A stretch of DNA of 64,000 nt from Terriglobia bacterium (GTDB taxonomy: Bacteria; Acidobacteriota; Terriglobia; 20CM-2-55-15), in contig CAXWPJ010000010.1 in the NCBI GenBank assembly GCA_963664115.2, forward strand, positions 448,001-512,000. The letters are read 5' to 3'. This document shows positions 10,978 to 23,028 of the stretch, in pieces (position 1 is the stretch's first letter; each line of letters starts with the position of its first letter). The notes beneath the pieces were generated by a model, which made no database searches, was not told the origin of the DNA, and saw nothing but the letters and a program-made list of their open reading frames with translations. A program made the translations under genes and the position numbers.

Positions 10978-13480
10978 TCAAGGAATTGTTGGAGCCGCAG
11001 TCGGTGCCAGCAGCAACTCCAGCGGTTGGCCGTCCTGCCCCGTGAATCGGAGCGATCCGGACGATGTGCCACCCGGGGTGCCGCTGAAGAGAATGAACTG
11101 GGTCGTCCAGCCGTCGGAATCCACGAAATGGGGGAAGAACAGGCCGGATGTGGTGGGGTCCGCGTTTTCATCCACCGGCGGAGTCGTCGTGACCAGAATG
11201 TCGTCGCGCTGGTTGATCGCCAGTCGAAGGCCGACCGTGGCGATGTCGGGCGCCGTGGAAGCGATCCTGAGGATGCCCGAGAACGGCGTGGCCAACGTGG
11301 GGAAGAATTCGTCGATGAATCGGGACAGGTGGCCTGATGCGGGAATGGTGAGCAACTCGGTGGATCCGGTGGCGGTTCCGTCCAGGTCCGCCAATTCGAG
11401 CAGGACCGTCGTGGGCGCATCCGACGTATTGGTCAGGGCGATGCCGCTCCGGACCGAGTGGGGCTGGCCGGGTGTGCCGCTCGCCTCGATGTAGAGGCGG
11501 AAGGCGGCGCTGGAGGAGGATGCCGAGACACCGGCTTTGGACACGGTCATGCCGTCTTTCTGGAACGCGAAGATACTGACGCCCGACGGCGCGGGCTGGG
11601 CGGGGTCGGGCACCGCGCGGACCGATCCGGCCTCGAGGGGGCCGGCGGGACTGGAAGTCCGGAGGCGTGTTGCACTCCTTGGGGGAATCGAATAGGAGAA
11701 TGTCGATCCGCTCCTCCCATCGTCGAGCGTCAGTGTCGCCGGAGCGGCGGCTTCCGTTTCGCTGCCGGAGCCGAAGAACTGAACGCTGCCGGCGATGGGT
11801 GTGTGGGCGGGGTTGACCAGAATCACCTCGGTCGTCCATCCGCCGCCCGCCGCAAAATGCGGAAAGTAGACCGTGCCGGTGGTGGGGACCGCGAGCGGCG
11901 CGACGGGAAGCGTCGTCATCAGGAACTCGGAGCGCTCATTGACGAACCCGCGTAGCGCAATGACGGCGACCGGGAGGTCGGCGGTGAAGGTGAATGTTCC
12001 AAACATCGCGCTGCCACCATTAAAGGGAGAGCCTCGTCCAGAAATCGTGCGATCTGTTCCCGGGGCCTCAGCGTGAAGGTGCTGTGTCCGAAGTCGCTGC
12101 CTTCGCTGTCGGTGAAGAAGAACGCGATCGTAGCGGCAGTGTCGTTGGAATTGGCCAGGGCGAGGCCGGTTCGGACGGGCCCGTCGGTCTCGGCGAAGAT
12201 CCGTCCCTCGAGAACAGGGGCGGAGGCCGGGACGCCGGCTTCAGAGACGAGAATCCCGTTGAGCCGGGAAGCGAATATGGCCAGTCCGGCAGGCGGGGTC
12301 ATCCCGGCATCGGTCTCCACCTGCCCATATCCAACACGGAGCGCGGGCGATCACGGAGCGCGGGCGATGTGCCATGGGAGGTGAGGGAAATCCCGCCCCG
12401 GTCGGGGACGGAAAACGGAAGCGTCGCGGACGGGACGATCTGATCTCCCGTATAAAAGCCGGAGCCGATGACCACAGTTTGGCCCGCGTAGATCGGGGCA
12501 TCATCCGCAATCATGAAGCTTTCAGCATAGCCAACCTTGGCGGATCCGAGGTCTTCATCCCCTTCTACCGATGGGTCATCCCAGTAGTATTCGACGTAGT
12601 CTCCCCCCGCGAGGGCCGCATCGATAAGTGCCCTTAGGAATTTGAATCCGTTGCGGTCTTGGCGGTCGATCTGGATTTTACCTTGCTGGTCCGGACGGGA
12701 ACCGTGAAACAGCACATAACCATCGGCCGTCATAACGTAGAGGTAGGTGGAACCTTGTCTCCAAGGCCCTGCCTCTCTCCTCAATTCGTTGTTTAATTTC
12801 GCAAAATCCAAGCCGAACTCCGCAAAGCCTTCAACAGTCCATGCAATGGCTCCTTGTACGAAGGCCTTCAGGGTTTCCCGGTCCACCACGTCAGCGGCCG
12901 TGACTGCAGGGGGATCGGGGAATTCGTCAATGATATTCTCCACATCGGATATATCCTGGTAGAAGTCGGCAACCAGTACGAAATATTCTTGAGCCAATGG
13001 AGATGTGTATTTGACGGCGTAGGACACCTTGGGGTTTTCGTCGTTCGGGTCCGACGGATCGTCCCAGGCATACTCGAAAAAGCCTCCGTCTCCCATGCTT
13101 TCGGCTGCAGCGAGCATCGCCTGTACGACTTTGACTCCATTGTCGTCTTCCAGATCCCGCACGTCTGTACCGTCCAATTCCGGATCGTTGCCGTGAAACC
13201 ACAGGATGCCTTCCGGGAGCAGAATATTGAGGTACATATTGCCTGAGTTCCAATCCCCGCCTTCTTCCCGCAATATATCCGTGAGCGCCGCCAGCTGGTT
13301 AATGTCAGTAACGCTCGAAATGTAATCCCGTGCAGACAGTGCAAAGGCTTTCAAGGTTTCCCGGTCCACGACCTCGCTGGCCGTGGTCTGGGTGTCCTGG
13401 GCCACGGCAGACGGCACGGAAAAGACGCTGGCCAGCCCCAGCACAAAACAAAAGATAACCATCAGCCTTATAGTCTTCAT
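10978..13480 (-). pseudogene. Secreted tandem Cache-domain protein with C-terminal repeated beta-rich modules, split by two frameshifts
   Basis: Overlapping ORFs 12299-13510, 11919-12320 and 10978-12006; signal peptide, two VVDRETLKAF...Y-x-WDDP Cache-like repeats, two FPHF...GWTT repeats. Confidence 0.65.
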
Positions 13481-13638
13481 TACAGCCTTCCCCTGCTTTA
13501 GCAAGCTCACACCGGGTGGTGTGGTTTGAATGTCAGCTCATGTTCGCTCATGGTTCCATTGGAAGCGTAGCCACGGCGACCTTCCTCGGTGCCTCGACAC
13601 CGCGAAGAGGCGCTCCAGCCCTTCGGGCACGCGGTCAA

Positions 13639-14091
13639 TCAACTCGAATTCAGCGCCTCCCGCCCGAACCGCTCGGCGGCCTCCAGGGTCTCGCGCACGT
13701 CGTCCCAGGTCGTGGTGTGGTTGACGATGCACATCCTGAGCGAAAACGTTCCCCGGAGAAGCGTCGATGAAATGAATGCGGGGTCTTCCCAAAAGACGCG
13801 GACGAGCACTTTCCTGTTGATCTCTTCCAGGGATTTCTCGTCGAGGTCGGTGTCGGCGGGATTGATCCGGAAACACACGATTCCCAGCGACGCGGGGATC
13901 AGGAGTTCCAGGATCGGGCTCGCCCGGACGTATTCCTCGGCCTGGGCGGCCAACTCCATCCCTGTCGACACGGCCCGCCGGAACGCGGCCTTCCCGAAAG
14001 TCTGGACCGACATCCAGACTTTCAAGGCCCGAAACGAGCGGCTCAACTGCAGGCTGCGATCAGAGAAGTTGGGGTGGTTCGCACCCCACAC
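13639..14091 (-). pseudogene. C-terminal fragment of a PLP-dependent (group II) amino-acid decarboxylase
   Basis: LQLSRSFRALKVW, IVCFR, LRMCIVN motifs; N-terminal part absent. Confidence 0.8.
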
Positions 14092-14138
14092 CGTGGTGAA
14101 AGCCCGAGCGCTGCGACTCCCTGCCTGGCCTCACTAGG

Positions 14139-15980
14139 CCCAAAACAAGCGCATAACCAGTCCGCCGAGGCCCAGTTCGCGCCGATAGAATTCGAGGCAT
14201 AGAATCCCGTTCCCGGATGGCCTGTTCCAGGTATCGAGTTTCTGTTGAATCTGTTTCAGTTCAGCCTCGCTGGTGTTGGACGGTTGACAGAAACCGGGAC
14301 CTCGATCGCCCGGGCTCAGAGTCATGATCGGGTCAACATCGCAGAGGCTGACGCAACACATCCACCCCGCGGAACAAGACCGGCAACCACCGGTTCCAGG
14401 CCAGGATCCGGAACAGAATGCGCCGCCCGGTGCGCACGAGTTGGCACGGCACAAGCATGAAAGCGTTCAAGAAGGTTTTGAACTCCATGCGCAGCACGGT
14501 TTGCTTCTCAGCCTGATATTTTTGGCCCCAACGTCCGGTTTCGGGAAGCAGCAATGCAAACCACGCTTTCAGTGTCCAGGCCAGTGACGCGATCACCATG
14601 TAGGCCCAGTTGCTGGTCTGATCTCCGACCGGCATCCGCAACGCCTGAACGCCGTTCTTCAACTGCTCAATGAGATTCTCCTGATTGCACCGTTGATTGG
14701 CACGCATCACAATCTGGTCGGCCGGATCCGAACGGTTGGTAATGTAGAAGAAGTACCGGATGTCGTCAAACAACACCTGCTCTCCTTTGGCCACCGACAG
14801 ATTCTTCCGCACCACGACGACACGGTAGTCCCGATCGCAGGCTCCGGGTCGATACCGAAACTCGGCCACATCCTCACCCTGCAAGCGGATATTGTCGAAA
14901 CCGCGCTGCCGAACGATCTCTTCCTTCACGTTGTCGGGACGTTGGCGCGGTTCGGTCGCCACGTCGTATTTCGCGGGCCGTTCCAGGCGCTTCCACTGGC
15001 GCGGCTCCAGTTCATCGGCCCGGGCCTTCAGGTTCGCCATCGCGTCAATCCCGAATATGAAACCCACCTGCTGGTCGTCCCATCCGTCCAGATGCCGGGT
15101 CTGGCTGAAGTCCGTGTCCCCGCGCAGCAGGATCTGGCGAAACCCCGCATGCCGGCACAATGCGATGGCTTGGTCGAACCGGACCGCGGCTCCTTCATGC
15201 GACGGCCGGTTGCCGCTACGATTGACCAGATACAGCGGTTCGGCGGTGTTGGCCAGCGAGATCATCAGCGGGTGATATCCCCACGTCCCGTCGTAGGCCA
15301 CGTCCATCCCTTGCTTGCATTCCCCCGTGGTTTCGGCCAGTGTCCCGTCCGCGTCCAACACCGCTTCTTCGAAAAACGCCGCCGGTTGCTGTCGCCAGAC
15401 TCCGAGCCGGACTTGATTGGTTGCCTCCATCAGACACTCCACGTCGTCGGCCTCGCCGGCAGAAGTCTCCCGCCGTCGTCGGATCCGGAATCCGTTGCGC
15501 TCCCAGCGCATCCAGATACACCGCATCGTTGCGCCGCAGTTCGATGTCTTCCAGGCACGTTCCTCCGCTCAAGGCGTTGTAGGCGATGTTCAGCACGTGA
15601 TCCGACTCGTGATACGGCAGGTGCCGCTTCAACACATGCACGCCCTTGTCGATGGCTTCGATCAGCCCGGTCCGCCGCGCCACCAGTTGCATCGTCCCGA
15701 TACCACCAACCGATGTGCCCCGCGTCCGCTCTCCCATCTCGTACTGAATGTTGCTCGCCGAAAACATCGGCTCTACCTGATCCGTCCAATGCCGGTCCCC
15801 AAGCCGACGTTCGATTCGCCGCTTGCGGTTCCTCATGTTCTTGCGCGTATAATCGTTCATCTGAAATGCCTCCTTTTCCGAAGAATCTGTTCAAGGTTTT
15901 TTTCGCACGGAGAGGGGGCATTTCGGGTACTTCCGCTCTTATTGCACTATCATTTCCTCGTCAATCACGCTTGTTCAGGG
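14139..15980 (-). mobile_element. IS1380 copy 2 (1842 bp), transposase frameshifted
   Basis: Matching 6-bp flanks ACTAGG/ACTAGG; 5-bp deletion (AATCT) between 15455 and 15456. Confidence 0.9.
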
Positions 15981-16045
15981 ACTAGGGAAAGATCAGGGTC
16001 AGATGTCTATAAAAACGGACGAATAAAGAGACGGTCTCGAACCCC

Positions 16046-16407
16046 TTGAGAGGAACTCAAAGTATGCTCGGGGAAACCGTCCTGGAATCGAGCGATATTG
16101 AGACGGTGGCGTCGACCCGCGTGGGCGACACCCGGGGCTACGCTCGCGTCTCGACCAACGACCAGAACCCCGACGCCCAGCCCGACCGACTCATTGAGGC
16201 TGGCGCCATTCGCGTCTACACCGACATCGTCTCGGGCAAGCGCTTCGACCGCCCTGGCCAGGCCGAGCTCATCGACTACGCCCGACCCGGTGACCGTCTG
16301 TGCGTCATTCGCCTCGACCGGCTCGGACGCTCACTCAGGGAACTGCTCGAAACCGTCGACGGCCTCAAGGCCCGCGGCATCCACCTGATCAGCCTTGAGG
16401 AGCGCCT
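16046..16407 (+). pseudogene. Serine resolvase/invertase, truncated by an IS3 element
   Basis: GYARVST, SGKRFDRP, RLDRLGRS motifs; cut at 16408. Confidence 0.85.
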
Positions 16408-17608
16408 TGGACTTCCCCGGGTTTAGTGGACACTTGGTTTAAGCTGCGCTGTGCAGCCGAACATAGTCACTCTCGAATTCCTGTGGGCTGACGTAACCGA
16501 TAAATGAATGCCTGCGTACGCGATTGTAAAACGCTTCGATGTCCTCGAAGATTTCAGTAGTTGCCTGAGAACGTGTACGGAACAGCGACTCGTGAATGAA
16601 CTCGACCTTTAACGTGGCGAAGAAGCTCTCGGCCACGGCATTGTCCCAGCAGTTGCCCTTGCGGCTCATACTACAAGTAATGCCCCGTGCGCGCAGGAGG
16701 CTTTGGTAGTCGTTGGCAGCGTACTGACTGCCTCGGTCGGAGTGATGAATCAGTCCGGGCCCTGGATCACACGCCTCAAGGGCCATGCTCAGGGCACGCA
16801 CTGTCAACGCCTGGTCAATACGCGCACTCATCGCCCAACCCACGACACGCCTCGAGTATAGATCGAGAATGACGCACAGATACAGCCAGCCCTCCAGGGT
16901 CCACACGTACGTAATATCCCCGACCCAAGCCACATTGGGACGTGTGACTGCGAACTGACGGTCGAGGGTTTGGGCGCCACCGGTCGGCGGTGATTGGACT
17001 GGGTCGTGGTGCGAAAGCGCCGTCGTTGCTTGCCCCGCAGGCCATTCTCACGCATCAGCCGCGTCACGCGATGGCGACCCACCTTGTGGCCCTGCGCTGC
17101 CAGCTCACGGTGTATCCGGGGGCTTCCATAGGTTCCACGAGAGGCACGATGCGCCGCCTTGATGTCGAGCGTCACCGCCCGGTCCGATCGTGCACGTGTG
17201 CTTTCGGTGCGGTTGGTCCATCTGTAGAAGCCCGACGTCGATACCTCCAGCATCCGGCAGATCAACACCACCGGAAATTCGGCCTTCTCTGCCCATACGA
17301 ATCGGTATCTCACTGCGATTCCCTGGCAAAGAAGGCCGTTGCTTTGTTTAATATGTCGCGCTCCATCCGCAGTTGCCGATTCTCACGACGAAGTTGCGAT
17401 ATTTCCTCGCGCTCAGCGGTGCTCAAGACCTTGCCGCCGCCGCGCCCCGCATCGGCCTCGCTTCGTGACACCCAATTACGCACCGCTGATTCAGTCAATC
17501 CCAGATCTCGGGCTACTGCTGCGATACCCTTTCCACCGTCACGCACCAGGCAAACAACCTCAGCCTTGTACTCCGGCGTGAACGCTCGTCTTTTTCTCGT
17601 CATGGGAC
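16408..17608 (-). mobile_element. IS3-family element A (orfA 17310-17603, frameshifted orfB 16439-17313; left end lost)
   Basis: End TGGACTTCCCCGGG at 16408; WVGDITY, HHSDRGSQY, DNAVAESFF rve motifs. Confidence 0.87.
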
Positions 17609-19843
17609 TGAACCGCCCCGGGTTTCCCGGAGACTCCATTACTTGAGAAGATGGGAGTCATTATGGGAAGAGCAAGCAGATATGCACCCGAGGTTCGGGA
17701 ACGGAAGATGTCAACAAGTTTGAGACACCTGCATTAGGAATTTAAGCTACCGCCTGCGGTTCAGCAGGCGGATTGATCCAGACCTTGTCCGGCGGACCGG
17801 CGATCTTCCTGCGTGCGTTGACGAAGCGTTCGGGATGGCGTTGCCGTGCACGATCCAGAGCCAGTTGCCGTCGCCGAACGATTCGGTCGGTGCGGCCGTC
17901 GTGCACCGTGGCTGGCGTCAGCCAGTTCAGACCCGAATGGTAGTGGACATTGTTGTACCAGTGGAAGAAATCCCGGCAGAACGCCTTGGCGTCCTGGATC
18001 GAACCGAAACGTTCCGGGAAGTCGGGCCGGTACTTGAGCGTCTTGAACTGCGCTTCCGAGAACGGGTTGTCATCGGACACATACGGCCGGGAGTGGGATT
18101 GGGTCACTCCCAGGTCCGAGAGCAGCAGCGCCACCACCTTCGACTTCATCGACGACCCGCGATCGGCGTGGAGGATCAGTTGATCCCGGTCGATCCGTTG
18201 CTTGAGGCAGCTTTCACGAATCAACTTTTGAGCCAGACTGGCCGATTCGCAATCGGCCACCATCCAGCCCACGACTTGGCGGCTGAAGATATCCAGAATC
18301 ACGTACAGGTAGTAGTAGGTCCACTTCCGTGGGCCCTTCAACTTCGTTATATCCCATGTCCACACTTCATTCGGGCCAGTCGCTCACAGCTCCGGCTTCT
18401 GGTAGACGGGATGACGCCGCTGGTTCCGCCGTTCCCGCACTTCCTGGTTCGCATCCAGGATCCGGTACATCGTGCGTACCGAGCACAGATAGCGGTCTTC
18501 ATCCAGCAACGCCGCACACACCTGGGTAGGCGCTTGGTCCACGAAGCGTTCGCTATGGAGCAAGTCCAGTACCTGCCCACGCTCGGCCTCGCCCAAGGCC
18601 CGGTGCGAGGGGGCACGCGGCCGGGGCGGGGCCGGATCCGCTCCCCGCTGCCGGCGACGATACAGCGACGCGCGGGGCACTCCAAAGGCCCGGCATGCCA
18701 CGGCGGTTCCCAATTCGGTGGAGAACTTCTCGGCCGCTTCCATCAGTCGTTCTCTTACGGGTCCGAACTCTTCAGGGGAATCCCCAGCAGCGAAGCCACT
18801 TTTTTTTGGATTACGATGACCGTTTCGGCCTGCGCCAGCTTGGCCTCCAGCCGTCGGTTCTTGCGTTCCAGCTCGGCAATTCGTTTATCCCGTGCGTCTG
18901 GAGGCTTCCCCTTCCGGCCTCGCTTGGCCGGTCGCAATCCCTCCAGCTCCCCGGCCTCGCGCTGCCGCCGCCACGTGCTCAAGGCCGACGAAAACAACCC
19001 TTCTCGCCGCAGCAACGCCCCCAACTCCCCCGGCTTCGTGCACCGGTCGGCCTCCCGCACGATCCGCCGCTTATACTTGGCACTGAACTGCCGGCGTGTC
19101 GCCTTATCGGCTACCTCCGGGTCCGCTCCAACGCCATTGAACTCCGCCGCTTCGCGCGCAACTCCAGTCGCTCTACGGGCTCCTTCCGTTCCGCGCGATT
19201 CTTCTCGATCTTTTTCTTCTTTGATCACCAACACAGGTTATCTTCCTTCCCGCCCTGCACTCTAATTAACGTTCAAGCAAGTGTCTCACCCATGTTGGCA
19301 CAGAGGGGAACGTGCGGTACGAATGGTGGCCGAGCACCAGGGGGAGTACGCCTCACAGTGGGCGGCAATGGCGTCGATCGCTGCGAAGATCGGTTGTACC
19401 CCAGAAACACTGCGTAAGTGGGTCCGGCAAACAGAGCGTGATATGGGCCAACGTGGGGGCCTGACCAAGGACGAGAAACAACGGCTAAAGGAACTGGAAC
19501 GGGAGAATCGTGAGCTGAAACGAGCGAACGAGATCCTGCGCAAGGCGTCAGCGTTTTTCGCACAGGCGGAACTCGACCGCCGACCCCGGTGATGGCGGAT
19601 TTCATCGAGACGAATCGAGGCCGGTATGGGGTCGAGTCGATCTGCAGTGTGCTGCCGATCGCCCCATCGACGTTCTACGAGCACCAGGCACGGGAAAAGA
19701 ATCCAGATCGATTGCCCGCGCGTGCGAAGCGCGACGCGAAGCTTCGAGTCGAGATCGATCGGGTCTGGAGGGAAAACCGTCAGGTCTATGGCGTCCGCAA
19801 GGTCTGGAAGCAATTGAATCGCGAGAACACAGACGTTGCCCGC
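17609..19843 (+). mobile_element. IS3-family element B remnant (orfA 17663-17703 joined to 19313-19592; orfB truncated near 19843), interrupted by element C
   Basis: Left end TGAACCGCCCCGGGTTTCCCGGAGAC; reconstructed orf[23 protein letters not shown]...[10 protein letters not shown]. Confidence 0.82.
17704..19305 (-). mobile_element. IS3-family-like element C (orfA 18755-19234; orfB 17742-18743 with in-frame TGA at 18384-18386)
   Basis: WTWDITKL, HADRGSSM, DNPFSEAQF motifs; IRs TGTCAACA...GAGACAC / GTGTCTC...TGTTGGCA; flanked by direct GGGAACG. Confidence 0.85.
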
Positions 19844-20195
19844 GTGGCGCTTGACGCCTCGATCGCGCGCTATATTTTGAGTCCATTTCCGGCCGGATCG
19901 GAGAATCCCGTTGTGGCGCTGATGGCCCTCGATGCGCCCGTGCTTCTCTGGCTCGCGCATGGCTGGTATGCCGCCATGCCCGGTGTCGTGGTGGTGATCG
20001 GTGTGACGCTATTTTCCGGCGTATGGCGGGTTTGGTTCGAGGCGGCTCCAACGAAGAAACAGGGCAAGGGCGGGCTGCCGCCGTGGCCGGTTGCCGCATC
20101 GGACAAGAACCCGGCCATCGTCGTCGGGGAGACGCATCACCCGGTCGAGGCGCGGGAGGTCCCGAACCCGGAGTGGCTCGTGATCCCGGAACGTA
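19844..20195 (+). pseudogene. Fragment of a membrane protein resembling the N-terminal part of a conjugative coupling protein
   Basis: TM segments then VVGETHHP...PEWLVIPER; fused to IS3 orfB and to a VirB11-like fragment. Confidence 0.45.
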
Positions 20196-20714
20196 ATGCC
20201 CTCGTCGAGCTGCTCCCCGCCGACGACCGCATTGTTTCCATTGAGGAACACCTTGGAACTCCGCATTGACCGGAAAAACTGTGTTCGCTTCGAGGCGCGG
20301 GGGATTGACGGCGATTCGGTGACGATCCGCGACCTCGTCAGGCACGCGCTCCGGCATCGGCCCGACCACATTGTTGTCGGCGAGGTCCGGGGCGGCGAGG
20401 CCGCCGATCTCTTACAGGCGCTCAACACCGGGCACGGTGGCAGTCTGACGACGATCCACGCCAACAACGCCGAGTCGGCCCTGTCCCGGCTGGCGACTTG
20501 CGCCATGCAAGGCGAGACGGACTTGCCGTGGGAAGTCACCTGTAGGGGCGTCGTGGACGGGATCTCCATGGTGATTCACATGACGCGGCGCGAGGGAAAG
20601 CGCTACGTCGAAGAAGCCCTCCACGTCGGCGATTACGACGCCGCAAAGCGGCGCTGGCACTACAGGCCCGTTGTCTTCGCCGACCCCCAACTCAAACTGG
20701 CGCAGGTGCGGTGA
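20196..20714 (+). pseudogene. C-terminal fragment of a CpaF/VirB11-family ATPase
   Basis: ALRHRPDHIVVGEVRGGEA, NTGHGGSLTTIHAN motifs; Walker A missing; a diverged partial repeat of its tail lies at about 20750-20873. Confidence 0.8.
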
Positions 20715-20895
20715 TGTGGAACAACGCTGCCAGGACGATGACACAGATCAGATGGTGGTTCACATGACGCGGCGCGGCGGCGCGGCGCTTTGTGGAAGAG
20801 GCATTATTTGTGCGGAACTACAACACCGACAACAATTCATGGCAGACGGACCCGGTCTGGCCGGTAAAACATGATAAGGATACGGAGGCTTGCTA

Positions 20896-22046
20896 GTGGT
20901 CCCCGTTAAACAGACTGTAACTTATCAAGATTTCGCCGGCCGCGCTGGACTTTAGCAAGGATGTCGGAAGCCGTTGCAGTCCAGATGAAGGGTTTCGGGT
21001 CTTCATTGTGACGAGCGAGGTAGTCCTCCACGGCCTGGATCAACTCGGGGACCGAGCGGAAAACGCCACGCCGGAGTCGTTGCTCGGACAGATCCCGGAA
21101 AAAGCGCTCGACCATGTTGAGCCACGACGCACTGGTTGGCGTGAAGTGCACATGAAAACGCTTGTTACGCTTGAGCCAGTTGACGACTTTCTGATGTTTG
21201 TGAGTCGCATAGTTGTCGCAAATAATGTGGATCTCCTTATCTTTCGGCATGGCGCGTTTGATCTGATTCAGAAACCGGATCCATTCCTGATGGCGATGCT
21301 TTGGCATGCAGGTTCCGATGACCGAACCGTCCAGGATGTTGAGCGCGGCGAAAAGCGTGGTTGTCCCGTTACGTTTGTAATCGTGGGTCATGGTGCCACA
21401 CCGCCCCTTCTTCAGAGGTAACCCGGGTTGCGTGCGGTCCAGGGCCTGCATCTGGCTCTTCTCATCGCAGGACAAGACAATGGCGTTTTCCGGTGGGCTC
21501 AGATACAGACCGACCACATCCTCCAGCTTTTCGGCGAATCGTTTGTCGTTGGATAGTTTGAAGGTTCGTGACAGATGAGGCTTCAGTCCATGGACCCGCC
21601 AGATTTTCCCGACCGTGGACTCGCTCACGCCAACGGCCTTCGCCATCGAGGCCCGACTCCAGTGCGTCGCGTTCGGGGGCTTCTCTTCCAGTGTCTTCTT
21701 GACGATCCGGGCTCGCTTCCGGCGACTGATCGTGGGAATCCGTCCGCTTCGCGGCGCATCCTTTTCGATCCCAGCCAAGCCCTGTTCCACAAAACGATTG
21801 CGCCAGCGGCCCGCTTTCTGGCGCGTGATCTCCAAGCGGGCGGCGATCTCATAATTGTTCCGACCTTCAGCGGCCAGTAATACAATTCGGGATCGTTCCG
21901 CCAACCGGACCGATGTACTCCGGCTTCGACTCAGTCGCTCCAACTCCATCCGCTGCTTGTCATCCAATTCAATGGTCGGTGCTTTCCTCATTCTCTATTG
22001 GACGTTGGAAAGCTATTTTAGTTACATTACTTCGAGCGGGGTACAC
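20896..22046 (-). mobile_element. IS630-family element with intact transposase (20906-21991)
   Basis: DEKSQMQAL, DYKRNGT, DNYATH, SWLNMVERFF; both ends in CTAG context with imperfect IRs. Confidence 0.92.
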
Positions 22047-22052
22047 TAGGAC

Positions 22053-22982
22053 ATGAACGCTAAATCAAAATCTGCGTTCTCCCCGGTGACGCCTCAGGCA
22101 CGGCACCACTTCACCCGCTTCGATCAGGTCGACCAGCTTATAGGGGCCAGCGAAGCGGACCCGGAAATGGGCTTCATGACGCGGTTGATGGCGCTGTGCT
22201 CCATGCCTCGCACTAACCCCGGCGACCGGCTCCAGTACAAGCGCGTCAACGGCCCTTACACGCTCATCATGTACTCAAGCGGTCAGTACAAGCTCCCATT
22301 CGGCAACATTCCCAGGTTGCTGCTTGCCTGGGTTTGCACCGAAGCGGTCCGGACCCAAAGCCGCGAGCTGGTTCTGGGTCGTTCCCTTTCCAAGTTCATG
22401 CGGACACTAGGAATCAACAGCGATAGCGGCGGCGTTCGCGGCGAGCAAACCAGGCTTCGCAATCAGATGAAGCGGCTCTTTAGTTGCGCCGTTTCGCTGA
22501 TCTACAAAAACGGGGAAGGCGAAGCCGCTGTAAACTCGCCGATCGCAAGGCGCACCGAGTTTTGGTGGAACGAACGCAAACCCGACCACCCGGTGCTGTG
22601 GGAAAGCAAGATTGAGCTTGGCGAGGATTTTTTCAACGAAATCATCCAGCACCCCGTACCGATTGATATGAACACCCTCACAGCGCTCAAACGTTCTTCG
22701 CTCGGCCTCGACCTCTATCTCTGGCTGGTCTACCGCACCTTCGCCCTCCGCGCGCCCCTCCGCCTCACCTGGCGGCACCTCTACCGCCAGTTCGGGGCAG
22801 ACCCGGTTCAAGCGGGCGACAAGAACATCGTGAACGCCTTTCGAACAAAGTGCCTCCGGGAGTTGAAAAAGATCAAACTCGCCTGGCCGGACCTGAACTA
22901 CTCCACCGCTCCGGGCATGCTAATTCTCTCGCCCTCCGCTCCCGCCGTGCCGCCTTCGGATCAGCGGCAGATCGCAAGCTAG
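22053..22982 (+). CDS. repA: Plasmid replication initiator RepA (RepA_C/IncW-like)
   Basis: LCSMPRT, LPFGNIPRLLLAW, RLRNQMKRLF, HPVPID, LDLYLWLVYR motifs. Confidence 0.85.
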   Translation: MNAKSKSAFSPVTPQARHHFTRFDQVDQLIGASEADPEMGFMTRLMALCSMPRTNPGDRLQYKRVNGPYTLIMYSSGQYKLPFGNIPRLLLAWVCTEAVRTQSRELVLGRSLSKFMRTLGINSDSGGVRGEQTRLRNQMKRLFSCAVSLIYKNGEGEAAVNSPIARRTEFWWNERKPDHPVLWESKIELGEDFFNEIIQHPVPIDMNTLTALKRSSLGLDLYLWLVYRTFALRAPLRLTWRHLYRQFGADPVQAGDKNIVNAFRTKCLRELKKIKLAWPDLNYSTAPGMLILSPSAPAVPPSDQRQIAS

Positions 22983-23028
22983 GACGCAAATAACACAGCT
23001 GAGAGCCTCTTACGTTCCCCCTACTAGA

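Noticed and set aside
18384-18386. In-frame TGA in IS orfB as recoding or selenocysteine
   Set aside because: The position corresponds to an ordinary hydrophobic residue (KPEL-x-ATGP); a nonsense mutation is simpler
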